From NCBI RefSeq assembly GCF_009914755.1, contig NC_060932.1: 64,000 nucleotides of DNA; one strand, 5' to 3'. The stretch's first letter is position 1. Each line of letters begins with the position of its first letter. Below, in pieces: positions 16,883 through 30,855 of this stretch. The stretch is from the human T2T-CHM13v2.0 reference genome, Homo sapiens. The notes beneath the pieces were generated by a model that searched no databases, had not been told where the DNA came from, and saw only the letters and a program-made list of their open reading frames with translations. Position numbers and translations under genes: made by a program.

Positions 16883-17955
16883 AGAGGAGAAACAAATCCA
16901 TTTCTCTCCCAACCTAAGACTGCTTTTGTATCTCCCTCTCAACTCTACAAAGAATGCTCCCCAAAGCCCAGCCCACAAGCCAGTCGGTTTAGTTTCCCTC
17001 TCTCTTCCTTCCTATGTTTCTTGTCCTGTCTCTCTGTACCTACTCTTATGCCGCATCTTGAAATCCCAGGAGACAGGCTGGCAAACACGGAGTTCTCCAT
17101 ATGGGGGAGGAAGGAGAGACCCTGAGAGGGAAAAGACAGCTTTTTGTTTAACAGAAGGTGAGAATGGGCGAGGCAAAGGCTGGAATTATTCAATCATAAG
17201 TTTTGCTTTCCCATATGTGAGCCTAAGGGACTTCTTGGGCTGTCCACCTTCTGCAGCCTGACTTCCCTCATGTCCTGAGTGGCTGTCCCCGCCTGTCACA
17301 ACAGCTGTTCTTGGCCCACTGAAAGCCAAGGCCCTGCAGTGGTGAGCCCCCTACTAAAGAGTTACTTTTGAATAGGGACAAGGTACCCCTCACTGAAGTG
17401 GTTACACTCCTCACCCCCCATCCTGGGGGCTTCTCTTGCCCTCCCCTCCTGGACTCTGGAGGAGGCAGGGAGGGACAGGAGAGCTCCACGCTTGGCAGCA
17501 CACTGTCTCACAGAACAGGTGGTTTCGTTTATTTTTCTCCATTTGATTTACAAAATTGTACCCTTTACTAAAACAGCCTTGGGGCTTAAGCACAACAAGT
17601 ACATGCACAATGAGATGACATTTAATTACAGAAATATAAGCAGGAGACATCATGATGGAGCAGCAGAACTTCCTGCGAAATAAACATTCACGCAGCTCCC
17701 CATATTTGGCTGCTCAGCAGCTGAGAGAATGAGGAGACAGAAGGGTCTTCTGCTTTCACCTTGATCACCTACAGATGTCAGCAAGGCCAGGGATAGGACC
17801 AGTCTGTAGGGTCCAAAATGTACAGCCCCAGTCCCTGCCTCTCTTCACTCTGTACTTTAATGGGGGTAGGGGGTGGAGGGTGGTGGGGGCGCTTCTCTGG
17901 GCTTTTTGCTTCCTTTCCCTGCTTGTTTTAGGGAAGCAATCTACTAGTATTACTA

Positions 17956-18293
<338 letters not shown>

Positions 18294-18485
18294 AAAAGTT
18301 CTAGAAGTCATTATGGTATAGTAGAAAGAACTTGCTACCTTTTTGTTTTTTTAAAGACAAACTGACTTTGGTTCAAATCCTGGTTTGTCACTTACGAGCT
18401 GTGTTGAACTTCCACAAATCACATAAATTCTCTCAGCTTCCATTCTCTCATCCCTTCTGCAAGGTTGTTGGTTGTAATGACATAA

Positions 18486-18949
<464 letters not shown>

Positions 18950-19060
18950 TGCAGTCACCTTTTAATACTAAACCGTTACTTCTGATCCTTAAGACTCTGC
19001 CCTGTTTGTTCATTTTCAAATTTCAATCTTCTACCCAATCCAAATATTTTTCCTACCCTC

Positions 19061-19184
19061 CTAAGATTGTCACTATCAATATTTTATCAATACAGAATGC
19101 CCAGTGAAATTAGAATTTTAGATAGTGTTTAACGTAAGTGTCATATGATACTTTTATTTGTATTTGCGAATTCTTGCAATCCTA
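19061..19184. mobile_element. MER53-like hAT remnant
   Basis: taagattgtca...aatacagaatgcccagtgaaattagaattt...tgcaatccta (degenerate terminal inverted repeats). Confidence 0.55.
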
Positions 19185-19224
19185 CACCTTCCCCCAGCGG
19201 CGCAGGCTACTACTTTGGCTTTAG

Positions 19225-19370
19225 AGAAGTGGTTTGCAGCCTCAGCTGCTCATTAAAAATGTCAGTGCCTAGGTTCCACTCCAGACCAGTTAAACCAGAA
19301 TATCTGGGCTCATGAAGAATTCCTGAAAGCTTCCCCATGTGATTCTCATGGGCAACCCAGGCTGACAGGA
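19225..19370. mobile_element. MER5-like fragment
   Basis: gcctaggttccactccagaccagttaaaccagaat; gcttccccatgtgattct. Confidence 0.6.
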
Positions 19371-20311
19371 CGGCCAGACCCTGGGAGGGCGGCCTGGCCT
19401 CCTCAGCTTCCCCCAACACCTCCCCCTTCCCAGCATGCACTGCGCTGGTGTTGGGGGCAGGAGGAGAAAGACAGGCAGGTCTCATCTTACTTGGATGCCT
19501 GTTGTAAGCTTGTAATCCGCTCTGTTGGCCACCACAGCTCCTCCATTTGATGACGACGGGCCATTTGTTCCAGGGTATGGCAGGCGTCCAAATATGGGCA
19601 CTTCTGTGAAACCCGTTTGTTGGTTCCTCGGAGGGCCCTGTGAGGGTCTTCCTGCTGCTTCGCCTGTGGTGTGGGAGATCAGTATTCAGCTTGCTCTCCC
19701 CAGATCAGCCCTCTGACGGAAGCAGCCCTGAGCCCCTAACAGCCTCTTGCTGCCAAGGGTCCCCTCCCTGACTAGGCAGCCTTGTTGGGGTGTGTGGAAT
19801 ACTGGGGTTGTCTGTCACAGGTTACAGACAGGGATGGAGGGAACTAGGGAAGGCATTTCTCCTTCCAAGCTTTGGTATGTCACGGAAACCTGAGTGTCCT
19901 GGAAGACTCAGAACCTCTGCTGGTTCACGGGCCTGGCAACGTTCCTATGCTAGACAGCCGCAGCGCCACATTAGTATAGGCAGAGGCTCAGTTTAGTCTC
20001 CTCCCTTAAGTAAATTCATAGCACCCCCTCCCACCTCCACCCTCCTCGACCTTAGGGAGATGCAGGCCTAACACAAAGAGACTGTCTTCTCCATACTCCC
20101 AGTTCACCTGCAGGAGAAAGGAGTTGGGGGGTTCGTGTTTGTGGGGCTGAAACTGGAATTTCTCAGCAAGCCCTGTGGGGACTTAGCTTGTCCCAAACAC
20201 TGTAGTTCTCTGACCTCTTAGAAGGGAGTATCTAGCACCTCTTGTTCTCAGATGAGAGCCCTAGTTCCCACTTCGACAGTCCTGCACCCACCAGCATGGT
20301 TCACTCCTAAT

Positions 20312-20525
20312 AACTGATGTTTGTTGAAATTTTCTATGTGCCAGACACTGTGCTCAGCTGCTTCATTCATTATCTCCTTTAATCTTCAAAGCAGGGAAGG
20401 GAGATAGGAATCACTTTTCTATTTTTCAGATAAGTAAATTTTGGCTAAGAGAGTTCAAATAATTTGCTAAAGGTCATACAGCTAATGAGAATCAGAGCTC
20501 AAATTTGACTCCAAAAGCCTTGCTT
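20312..20525 (-). mobile_element. MIR
   Basis: tatgtgccagacactgtgct, cagataagtaaa, aaggtcatacagctaat. Confidence 0.7.
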
Positions 20526-20799
20526 TCACCGTTATAATTTATAATATTTCCTCCCACTGATGTAATTTATGAATAAAACTTATCTTAGTGTCTGGTACAC
20601 AGCAGGCACTCCACAAATATTCATTCTCTTCCTAGATAACACTCAAACTAGAAATCAATCGTCAAGTACAATTTTATAGTATTCAATCCGAGTTACTTAG
20701 AAGCAGTTTAAAGCTTTGTTTCATCATCCCCATGTAGTTATCTATTAACTAATTAGCTCTTTTTAAAAACCTTCCCAGAGCAAGTAAGGATCACTCTTT

Positions 20800-21188
20800 T
20801 TTTTTTTTTTTAATTTTACTTTAAGTTCTGGGATACACGTGCAGAATGTGCTGGTTTGTTACATAGGCACACATGTGCCATGGTGGTTTGCTGCACCTAT
20901 CAACCCGTCATCTAGGTTTTAAGCCCCGCATGCATTAGGTATTTGTCCTAATGCTCTCGCTCTCCTTGCCCCTAACCCCCTAACAGGCCTCAGTGTGTGA
21001 TTTTCCCCTCCCTGTGTCCATGTGTTCTCATTGTTCAACTCCCACTTATGAGGAAGAACATGCAGTGTTTGGTTTTCTGTTTCTGTTTGCTACGAATGAT
21101 GGCTTCCAGCTTCATCCATGTCCCTGCAAAGTACATGAACTCATTCTTTTTTATGACTGTGTAGTATTCCATGGTGTATATGTGCCAC
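20800..21188 (-). mobile_element. 5'-truncated L1PA (PA8-like) 3' end
   Basis: ttttactttaagttctgggatac; tctaggttttaagccccgcatgcattagg; TSD aaggatcactcttt/aaggatcacgcttt at 20786-20799 and 21189-21202. Confidence 0.92.
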
Positions 21189-21260
21189 AAGGATCACGCT
21201 TTAAAAACACCTAATATGTGCCAGGCACTGTGCTAGTATTAAAGTTAGAGGTTAAATACT

Positions 21261-21665
21261 TGTGTTAGTTCCCCGTGGCTGCCGTAACAAATGACCACAA
21301 ACTGGGTGGCTGAAAACAGTGGAAATTTACTCTCTCATAGAACTGGAGCCCAGAAGTCTGAAATCAAGGTGATATCCAGAGTCAAGCTCCCACTGAAGGC
21401 TCTTGGGAAATATCCTTCCTTGCCTCTTCCACTTTCTGATGACTTCAGGGTATCCTTCTAATCTCTGGCCTTCTCCCTGTATCTGTGTCTTCTTCTTTTT
21501 CTGTCTTGTCTAAGGATTCTTGTCATAAGATTTAGGGTCCACACAAATAATTCAAGATCCTTAACTTATATCTACAAAGACCTTTTTCCAAATAAGGTCA
21601 CCTTCACAGGTTACAGGTGTTAGGATATGAATTTATCTTTTGGAGGGCCACCATTAACCCAGTAC
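21261..21665 (-). mobile_element. MLT1 (B/C-like) solo LTR
   Basis: tgtgttagtt...gctgccgtaacaaatgaccacaaactgggtggc; gaagtctgaaatcaaggtg; ends aacccagtaca. Confidence 0.85.
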
Positions 21666-21785
21666 AAAGTGATAGCATGCTGTGTTGAAGGAGCTTGGGT
21701 TTGGCCTTTGGAGTCAAAACATGTGTTCAAATCCCATCTATGCCCCCAACTCACTTGGGCAAATCACTCAACTTTTCTGACACAT

Positions 21786-22243
21786 AAGTTTGGGTCTTCT
21801 GAGAAACAAACACCATGTAGAATTAGACATGCAAGAGATTTATTGGAAGAAAATTCCTGTGAAGGATAAAAGGCAAAGAGCAGGAATGGGCAAGGACAGT
21901 CTTAGACTCCAAGGCGGGTCTGACATCTGTGAAAGAAGAGTGGTAAGGAAGGAGGATTGTGTAGGAAAAGCCCCAGATTTTTCTGAGACATTTTCAGACA
22001 GGCCAATGGGAAGTCCCTGAGTGAACATTGCCCATTAGATAAGACCTGCATCCTCCAGGAATGGGCCATCTCTGATGCCCCAGCTGTGTTCAGTCACTGG
22101 CCAGCAGCAGCCCAGGGAAAGCAATGCCTTAGTTCAAATTTGGGAATAATTCTAGAGTAACAGTGGGGCTGTCAACTAACTATACTCTCCACAGAAGATT
22201 CTCTGGAAGGAGATTTGAGCAGAGTATTTTCATGGCCACCACA
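21786..22243 (-). mobile_element. LTR16-family ERVL LTR, inserted in a MIR
   Basis: Minus strand starts tgtggtggccatg...ctgctcaaatctcc; aataaatctcttgcatgtctaattc near the 3' end. Confidence 0.8.
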
Positions 22244-22368
22244 TTAGTATTTTCTTTTATGTTTTTTAAATTTCTAAAATAGTAATAATAATACCTACTT
22301 GGCCACAATGCTGTAAAGACTAGACACATGTAAAGTGCCTAAGCTGGTCCTGGCACACAGTAGATCCA

Positions 22369-22512
22369 TTGTAGCTCACCTTCAGGATGGTCCCCAGTGA
22401 TCCCTGGTTCTTGGTAATCACTCTTGTATAACCGCCTCCTGTTGAGTGTGGGCTGGATTTAATAACTCACATCTAACAAGTAGAACAAGACAGAAGTGAC
22501 AGTGTGTGGCTT
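22369..22512 (+). mobile_element. MLT1F-like LTR 5' fragment
   Basis: aggatggtccccagtgatccc...ttgagtgtgggctgga...cagaagtgacagtgtgtg. Confidence 0.7.
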
Positions 22513-22699
22513 GTACAATGCATAAAGAACCCATCAAAAAGTCAGAATTCTCTTCACTTAGAGAAGTAGGAAAAGGCTATAATGTGTAACCATGAATCTC
22601 TGACATAGCATGTAATCTAATACTTAGATGTGAGGGCAGGTTTAATGGATGACTTCCAGGAAATATTTTCTTATTCTTAAGAAAAGAATTCTTCTTTTC

Positions 22700-23390
22700 A
22701 AGAAATATCAAATATTTAAGGAACTGACACCAGTCCTTCTCAAACTTTTCCAAAATATTGAACAGGAGGAAATACACCCTAACTCATTCTAGGTATTCCA
22801 ATTTCCCCGTATCCTTGCCAATGCTTGTTTTTCGATTTTGTTTGTTTTGTTTTTGATAATTTCCATCTGAGTGGATGTGAAGTTGTATCTCATTATGTCT
22901 TTTATTTGCGTTTCCTTAATGATTAGTGTGTCTTTTCATGTGCTTATTGGCCATTTGTGTAGCTTTGAAGAAATGTCTATTCAAGTCCTTTGCCCATTCG
23001 TATATCCAGTTGTTTGTTTTGTTTTTGTTAAGTTGTGGGAGTTCCTTAAATAGTTTGGATATTACTCTCTTATCAGATATATAATTTGCAACATTTTCTC
23101 CCATTCTGTGGGTTGCCTTTCCACTCTGTTTATATGGCCTATGATACATAAAAGGTTTTAATTTTGATGAAGTACAATTTATCAATTTTATCCTTTGTTG
23201 TCTGTGCTTTTGGTGTCAAAGCCAAGAAATCATTGCCAAATCCAGTGTCAAGAAGCTTTTCCCAATGTTTTCTTCTAAGAATTTTATAGCTCTTGTATTT
23301 AAGTCTCTGATTCATTTTAAATTAATTTTGGTATATGGATGAAAGGTAAGGGTCCAACTTCATTATTTACATGTGGATATCCAGTTTTGA
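22700..23390 (-). mobile_element. L1M ORF2 fragments (plus-strand piece about 22700-22790 abutting a minus-strand piece 22791-23390)
   Basis: ORF 22916-23185(-) is L1 ORF2-like (WAKDLNRHF..QMANKHMKR); plus-strand piece reads ctcaaacttttccaaaatattgaa. Confidence 0.8.
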
Positions 23391-24337
23391 ATTAGTTATT
23401 CTAAATGAATTTAGACTTATGGAGAAACTCACTGCATTATTTTTATTTTTCCCTGAAGATTAGCACAAACTTTATCAGAGTCTGTGGAATGGTCTTTGGT
23501 AACCCCAGTCTAGGGAGAGACAATGGTGGCCTGAAATATAGCAGAACAGAGTAGGGTGGGAGAAGAAGGGCTTAATTTGAGAGTTTCTCTGATGCAGAAT
23601 TGATAGGATGTCATGGCTGGCAGAAAATGGCCTGTGAAGTCAGGGCACAAGGTCTGTTCAATTGATAGGGCAGATCATATTTTCTTTAACAGTGCAACAT
23701 AGAGAAAATATTCTAAAAGCTGGAAGCCACAGTACAATTTCTCTCAAGGAGCAATTTGGGTTTAAAAAATATCTTGGTTTATTCATCGGGGTGGGAAATA
23801 AAACATAAACCTTGCTGTAAAGAAGAAGATAAGAAAAAGGAAGGCTGAACTAGTTTGCAAAGGAAATGAGAATGTTCTGGTTTTGCATAGCAGCTGGAGA
23901 AGAAGAGGGTGAGGGGCCCAGGAAGTGAGGGAAAATAAACAAGATGCAGGGAAGTTGGAGCCAGAGTTGTTGAGCATGGTGGTGGAAACTGGTGACTAAG
24001 GGGAAAAGAAAGCCAGATTGGAGGGGGAGCATAGAGACTTTGGAAAACAGGCTAATCTTTTATGTTGAGTTTTTGTTGTTCTATGTGTTATGTAGCCATC
24101 TCCATTGTCTTCAACTTCCAGTAAACATCTGCCACATACTCTGCCTTGTGGTACTGGTTCTTTGGGAAGGTTAAGTCAAAGAAACAAGGACTCAGTACCT
24201 TTATAGGTACAAGGAAGAGAGAACAATGAGGTGAGATGCAAAAGGGAGCTGTTTCCTTCCACAACTATTAAACAAAACCTTGCACTTTCCAAGATTGAAC
24301 CAATTTGAACGAGTCCCTGTGGTGCAAGGAACACTAG

Positions 24338-25092
<755 letters not shown>

Positions 25093-26880
25093 ACTCCCCA
25101 TCTCTGAAATAATCACTGAGACGAAGAGGTGAGGTTATACTGACACCAACAGGGGCAGGGTCAACCCACTCAAATCATGGCTTCTACACATGGAGGAAGG
25201 GCAGGTGAGTGTGCATGGATGCTGGAGAGACAACTGCAATGTTCACTTCATGGGTTTGAGGCAGTTTTTTTTAAATTAGTACATAGTATGTATACATGTA
25301 TTTATAGAGTAGATGAGATATTTGATACAAATGTACAATGTATAATAATCACATCAGGGTAAATGAAGTATCCACACCTCAAGCATTTATCGTTTCTTTG
25401 TACGACAAACATTCCAATTGTACTCTTTTAATTGTTTTAAAATGCACAATAAATTACTGTTTAGTGTAGTCACCCTGTTGTGCTATCAAATACTAGATCT
25501 TATTTAATCTTTCTAACTATATTTTTGTAACCTTTAATCACCACTGCACCCCCCTCCCCCAACACTACCCTGCCCAGCCTCTGGCAACCATCATTCTACT
25601 CTCCATCTCCATGAGTTCAGTTATTTTAATTTTTAGCTCCCACTAATGAGTGAGCATATGTGAAGTTTCTCTTTCTGTGCCTGGCTTATTTCATTGAACA
25701 TAAGGACCTCCAGTTCCATCCCTGTTGTTGCATATGACAGGATCTCATTCTTTTTTATGACTGAATAGTACTCCATTGTGTATATGTATCACTTTTCTTT
25801 CTCCATTCATCTGTTGATGGATACTTAGATTGCCTCCAAATCTTGGCTATTGTGAATAGTGCCACAATAAATGTGGAAGTGCACATATTTCTTCAAAATA
25901 CTGATTTCCTTTCTTTGGGGTATATATCTGGCAGTGGGATTGCTGGATTATGTAGTAACTATATTTTTAGTGTTTTTTAAGGAACTACCATACTTTTCTT
26001 CATAGTGGTTGTACTAGTTTACATTCCCACCAACAGTGTATCAGGGTTTCCTTTTCTCCACATCCTCAGAAGCATTCATTATTGTCTTTTGGATAAAAAC
26101 TATTTTTACTGTGGTGAGGTGATCTCTCATTGTAGCTTTGATCTGCATTTATCTGATGATCACTAATGTTGAGCACCTTTTTATACACCTGTTTGCCATT
26201 TTTATGTCTCCTTTAGAGAAATATCTATTCTGCTCTTTTGCCCATTTTTAATCAGATTGTTAGATTTTGTCCTATAGAGTTCTTTGGGCTTCTTATGTAT
26301 TCTGGTTATCAATCCCTTGTCAGATGGGTAGTTTGCAAATATTTTCTCCCATTCTGTGGGTGGTCTATTCACTTTGTTGATGTTTCCTTTGCTGTGCAGA
26401 AGCTTTTTAACTTGATGTGATCCCATTTGTCCATTTTGCTTTGGTTGCCTGTGCTTGTGGGGTATTACTCAAGGAATCTTTGCCCAGTCCAATGTCCTGG
26501 AGAGTTTCCCCAATGTTTTCTTTTAGTTGTTTCATAGTTTGAGGTCTGAGATGTAAGTGTTTAGTCCATTTTGATTTGATTTTTACATATGGCATGAGAT
26601 AGGGATCTAGTTTCATTCTTTTGCAGATGGATATCCAGTTTTCCCAGCACCATTTATTGAAGAGACTATGCTTTCCCCAATGTATATTCTTGGCACTTTT
26701 GTCAAAAATGAGTTCACTGTAGATATGTGGGTTTATTTCTGGGTTCTGTATTCTGTTACATTGGTCTGTGTGTCTGTCTTTACGCCAGTACTATGTCATT
26801 TTGGTTACCATAACCATAGCTCTGTGGTATAATTTGAAGTCAGGTAATGTGATTCCTCCCATTTTGTTCTTTTTGCTCAG

Positions 26881-27244
26881 TGTATTAGTCTGTTCTCACA
26901 CTGCTAATAAAGACATACCTGAGACTGGGTAATTTATAAAGGAAAGAGGTTTAATTGACTCACAGGTCCACATGACTGGGAAGGCCTCACAATCATGGTG
27001 GAAGGCAAAGGAGGAGCAAAGTCACCTCTTACATGGCAGCAGGCAAGAGAGCATGTGCAGGGGAACTCCCCTTTATACAACCATCAGATCTCATGAGACT
27101 TATTCACTATCATGAGAACAGCATGGGAAAGACCTGCCCCCATGATTCAATTACCTCCCACCAGGTCCCTCCCACAACATGTGGGAATTATGGGAGCTAC
27201 AATTCAAGATGAGATTTGGGTGAGGACACAGCCTAACCATATCA
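26881..27244 (-). mobile_element. THE1B/C solo LTR inside the L1MA
   Basis: tgtattagtctgttctcacactgct...aaccatatca; 5-bp TSD ctcag/ttcag. Confidence 0.93.
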
Positions 27245-27438
27245 TTCAGGATAGCTTTGGCTATTCTGGGTCCTCTGTGGTTCCACATAAATTTTAGGAT
27301 TGTTTTTTCTACTTCTGTAAAGAATGTCATTGGTATTTTGATAGAGATTACACTGAATCTGTAGATTGCTTTTGGTAGTGTGAATATTTTAACAATATTG
27401 ATTCTTCCAATCCATGAACATGGAATATCTTTTCATTT

Positions 27439-27442
<4 letters not shown>

Positions 27443-27468
<26 letters not shown>
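27443..27468. repeat. (TG)13 microsatellite
   Basis: TG run inside the L1. Confidence 0.9.
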
Positions 27469-27469
<1 letters not shown>

Positions 27470-29751
27470 CCTCTTCAATTCCTTGCATCAGTGTTTTATA
27501 GTTTCTATTGTAAAGACATTTCACTTCTTTGGTTATGTTTGTTCCTAGGTAGCTTATTTTATTGGTAGCTATTATTAATAGGATTAGTTTCTTCATTTCT
27601 TTTTCAGATTATTCACTGTTGGAATATAGAAAGGCTACTAACCTTTGTTTGTTTATTTTGTATCCTGCAACTTTACTGAATTTGTTTATCAGTTCAAATA
27701 GTTTTTTGGTGGAGTTTTTGGGTTTTTCCAAATATAAGATTATATCATCTGCAAACAAGGATAATTTGACTTCTTCCTTTCCAATTTGGATGTCTTTCTT
27801 TTGTCTGATTGCTCTAGCTAGAACTTCCAGTACTATGTGGAATAACAGTGGTGACAGTGGGCATCCTTATCCTCTTCCAGATCTTAGGAGGAAAGGCTTT
27901 CAGTTTTTCCTTATTCAATGTAATACTAGCTGTGGGTCTGTCATATATAGTTCTTATTATGTTGAGGTATGTTCCTTCTATATGCAGTTTTTCAAGGGTT
28001 ATTACCATGAAGGGATATTAAACTTTGTCATCTACTTTTTCAGCATTACTTGAAATAATCATATGATTTTTTTTCCTTCATTCTGTTGATAATGATGTAT
28101 TACATGGATTGATTTGCATATATTGAATTATCCTTGCATCTCTGAGATAAATCGCACTTGATCTTGATGAACGATCTTTTTAGTGTGTTGTTAAGTTTGG
28201 TTTGCTAGTATTTATTTTGTTGATAATTTTTGCATTAATACTCACCAGGGATATCTTTGGTGTTTTTAGAAAACTAAAAAAAATCATTTTTTTGGATGCA
28301 TCTTTGTCTGGTTTTGGTATCAGGGTAATACTGGCCTCATAGAATGAGTTGGAAGTATTCCCTCCTCTTCTTTTTTTTTTTTTTAATAGCTTGGGTAGGA
28401 TTGATATTAGATCTTCTTTAAATGCTTCAGAAAATTCAGCAGTGAAGCCATGGGGTCTCAGGGTATTCTTTACTGGGAGACTTTTTATTATGACTTCAAT
28501 CTCATTACTTGTTATTAATCTGTTCAGGTTTTAGATTTTTTCATGGTTCAATCTTGGTAGGTTGTATGTGTCTAGGAATTTGTCCATTTCTTCTAGGTTT
28601 TCTAATTTATTGGCATATAGTTGCTCATAGTTGTCTCTAATGATCCTTTGAATTTCTGTGATATCAGTTGCAGTGTCTCCTTTTTCCTCTCTGATTTTAT
28701 TTATTTAGGTCTTCTTTCTTGGTTTACTAGCCTGGCTAAAGGTTTGTCAGTTTTGTTTATCTCTTTTTTTAAAAAAACAAGTTTTGTTTCATTGATTTTT
28801 TGTATTGTTTTATTCATTTCTATGTCATTTATTTCTGCTCTGATTTTTATTACTTATTTTCTTCTACAAATTTTAGGTTTGGTTTGCTCTTGCTTTTATA
28901 GTTTTTAAAGATGCATTGTTAGGTTGTTTGTGTAAGTTTTTCTGCTTTTTTGATGTAGATGTTTATTGCTACAAACTTTCCTCTTACTACTGTTTTTGTT
29001 GTATCATATAAGTTTTTGTACTTATTGTTTCCATTTTTTGTTTCAAGAAATTTTAAAATTTTCTTCTTATTTTCTTAATTGACCCACTGGCCATTCAAGA
29101 GCATATTGTTTAATTTCCATGTGCTCGTATAGTTCCCAATGTTCCTCATGTTATTGATTTCTAATTTTATTACATTGTGGTCAGAGAAGATGCAATATAA
29201 TTTCAATTTTTTTGAATTTTTATAAAGACTTGTTTTGTGGCCTAACATATGGTCTATCCTTGAGAATGATCCATGAGGTGAGGAGAGGAATGTGTATTCT
29301 GCAGCCATTGGTTGAAATGTTCTGTAAATATCTATTAGGTCCTTGTGGTTAATGGTGCAGATTAAGTCTGATGTTTTGTTGTTTGTCTTCTGTCTGTACG
29401 ATCTGTCCAATGCTGAAAGTAGGATGTTGAAGTCTCCAGATATTATTGTATTGGGGCCTATCTCTCTCTCTTTGGCTGTAATGATATTTGCTTTATATAT
29501 CTTGGTCCTCCAATGTTGAGTGCTTATATATTTACAATTGTTATATCCTCTTGCTGAATTGACCCCTTTACAATTACATAATGACCTTCTTTGTCTCTTC
29601 TTATAGTTTCTGTCTTAAAATCTATTTTGTCTGATATAAGTATAGCTACTTCTGCTCTTTTTTGGTTCCCATTGGCATAGAATATATTTTTCCATTTCTT
29701 TGTGTGTCTTTATACATAAAGTGTGTTCCTTGTAGGCAACAGATCATGGGG

Positions 29752-30064
29752 TTTTGTTTGTTTGTTTGTTTGTTTGTTTTTTGAGACAGAGTCTCACTGT
29801 CTTGCCCAGGCTGGCATGCAGTGGCACAATCTTGGCTCATTGCAACCTCTGCCTCTCAGACTCAAGTGATCCTCCTACCTTGGCCTCCTGAGTAGCTGGG
29901 ACTATAGACGCATGCTACCATGCCTGGCTAATTTTTGAATGTTTTGTAGAGACAGGGTTTTGCCATGTTGCCCAGGCTGGTCTTGAACTCCCGGGCTCAA
30001 GCAATCCACCTGCCTCAGGCTCCCAAATTGCTGGGATTACAGGTGTGAGCCACTGCACTCGGCT
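29752..30064 (-). mobile_element. AluJb inside the L1MA
   Basis: ttttgccatgttgcccaggctgg, gggctcaagcaatcc; TSD core cagatcatg; (TTTG)n tail. Confidence 0.92.
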
Positions 30065-30193
30065 CAGATCATGTTTTTTAATTCATTCAGCCACTCTATA
30101 CATTTTGATTGGAGAGTTTAGTCCATTTATATTCAATGTTATTATTGATAAGGACTTACTTATCGATTTTTTTCCTGGTTGTTGTGTGATCTG

Positions 30194-30264
30194 TCCTTCC
30201 TTCCTTCCTTCCTTCCTTCCTTCCCCCCTCCCTCCCTCCCTTCCTCCCTCCCTTCCTTCCTTCC
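30194..30264. repeat. (TTCC/CTCC)n polypyrimidine tract
   Basis: Pure pyrimidine run of about 70 nt. Confidence 0.9.
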
Positions 30265-30765
30265 ATCTGTCCGTCCATCTGTCTTCCTTTTTGTGAAGGT
30301 GATTTTTTTTTTCTGGTGGTGTGTTTTAATTTCTTGCTTTTTATTTTTTGTGTATCTAATGTAGGCTTTTTTAATTTGAGGTTACCATGAAGCTTGCTAA
30401 TAATGTCTTATAACCAATTATTTTAAACTAATGACAACTCAACATTGATAGCAAAAACGAACAAGCAAAGACAAAACTAATACAAAGTCTACATTTTAAC
30501 TTCATCACCCCTACTTTTTAACTTTTAGTTGTTTCTATTTATATCTTACACTGTCTGTCTTGAAAAGCTGTTATCGTCATCATAGTTGATAGGTTCATCT
30601 TTTGGTCTTTCTACTCAGTGCATGAGTAGTTTACACACCACAATTACCTTGTCATAATATTTTGTGTTTATCTCTATACTTAGTATTATCAGTGAGTTTT
30701 GTACCTTCAGATGTTTTCTTATTGCTCATTAACAAGAACATGAATCACAAATGAATTTTTGTGAA

Positions 30766-30855
30766 CATGAATTTGCATGTCATCCTTGTGCAAGGGCCAT
30801 GGTAATCTTCTCTGTATCATTCCAATTTTAGTATATGTGCTGCTGAAGAGAGCAT
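30766..30855 (-). pseudogene. U6 snRNA pseudogene (nt 1-90) fused 5' of the L1MA
   Basis: Minus strand ATGCTCTCTTCAGCAGCACATATACTAAAATTGGAATGATACAGAGAAGATTACCATGGCCCTTGCACAAGGATGACATGCAAATTCATG matches human U6 at 81/90 positions, including the ACAGAGA box; 6 of the 9 changes are at CpGs. Confidence 0.96.

Larger units (their letters stand above)
25270..30733 (-). mobile_element. L1MA (MA2/3-like), about 4.7 kb net, from the ORF1 end through the 3'UTR; 3' part of a U6/L1 chimera
   Basis: Endonuclease remnant in ORF 29075-29410 (DLIDIYRTF...FSRIDHMLGHKTSL); RT-region remnants 27814-28008 and 26407-26616; L1MA 3'UTR (agtcaccctgttgtgctatcaaatactag). Confidence 0.93.

Noticed and set aside
22700-22800. 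Twin-priming L1 inversion
   Set aside because: The inverted piece abuts the 3' side of the other fragment and there is no TSD or tail, so the geometry does not fit
27562-28053. 163-aa ORF, the longest in the window
   Set aside because: Antisense reading of the degenerate L1MA ORF2
29075-29410. Endonuclease-like ORF
   Set aside because: Frameshifted remnant of L1 ORF2, not an intact gene
30766-30855. Functional U6 gene
   Set aside because: 3'-truncated, AGC catalytic triad mutated to ACC, CpG decay, and flanked by a TSD and L1 rather than a PSE/TATA promoter
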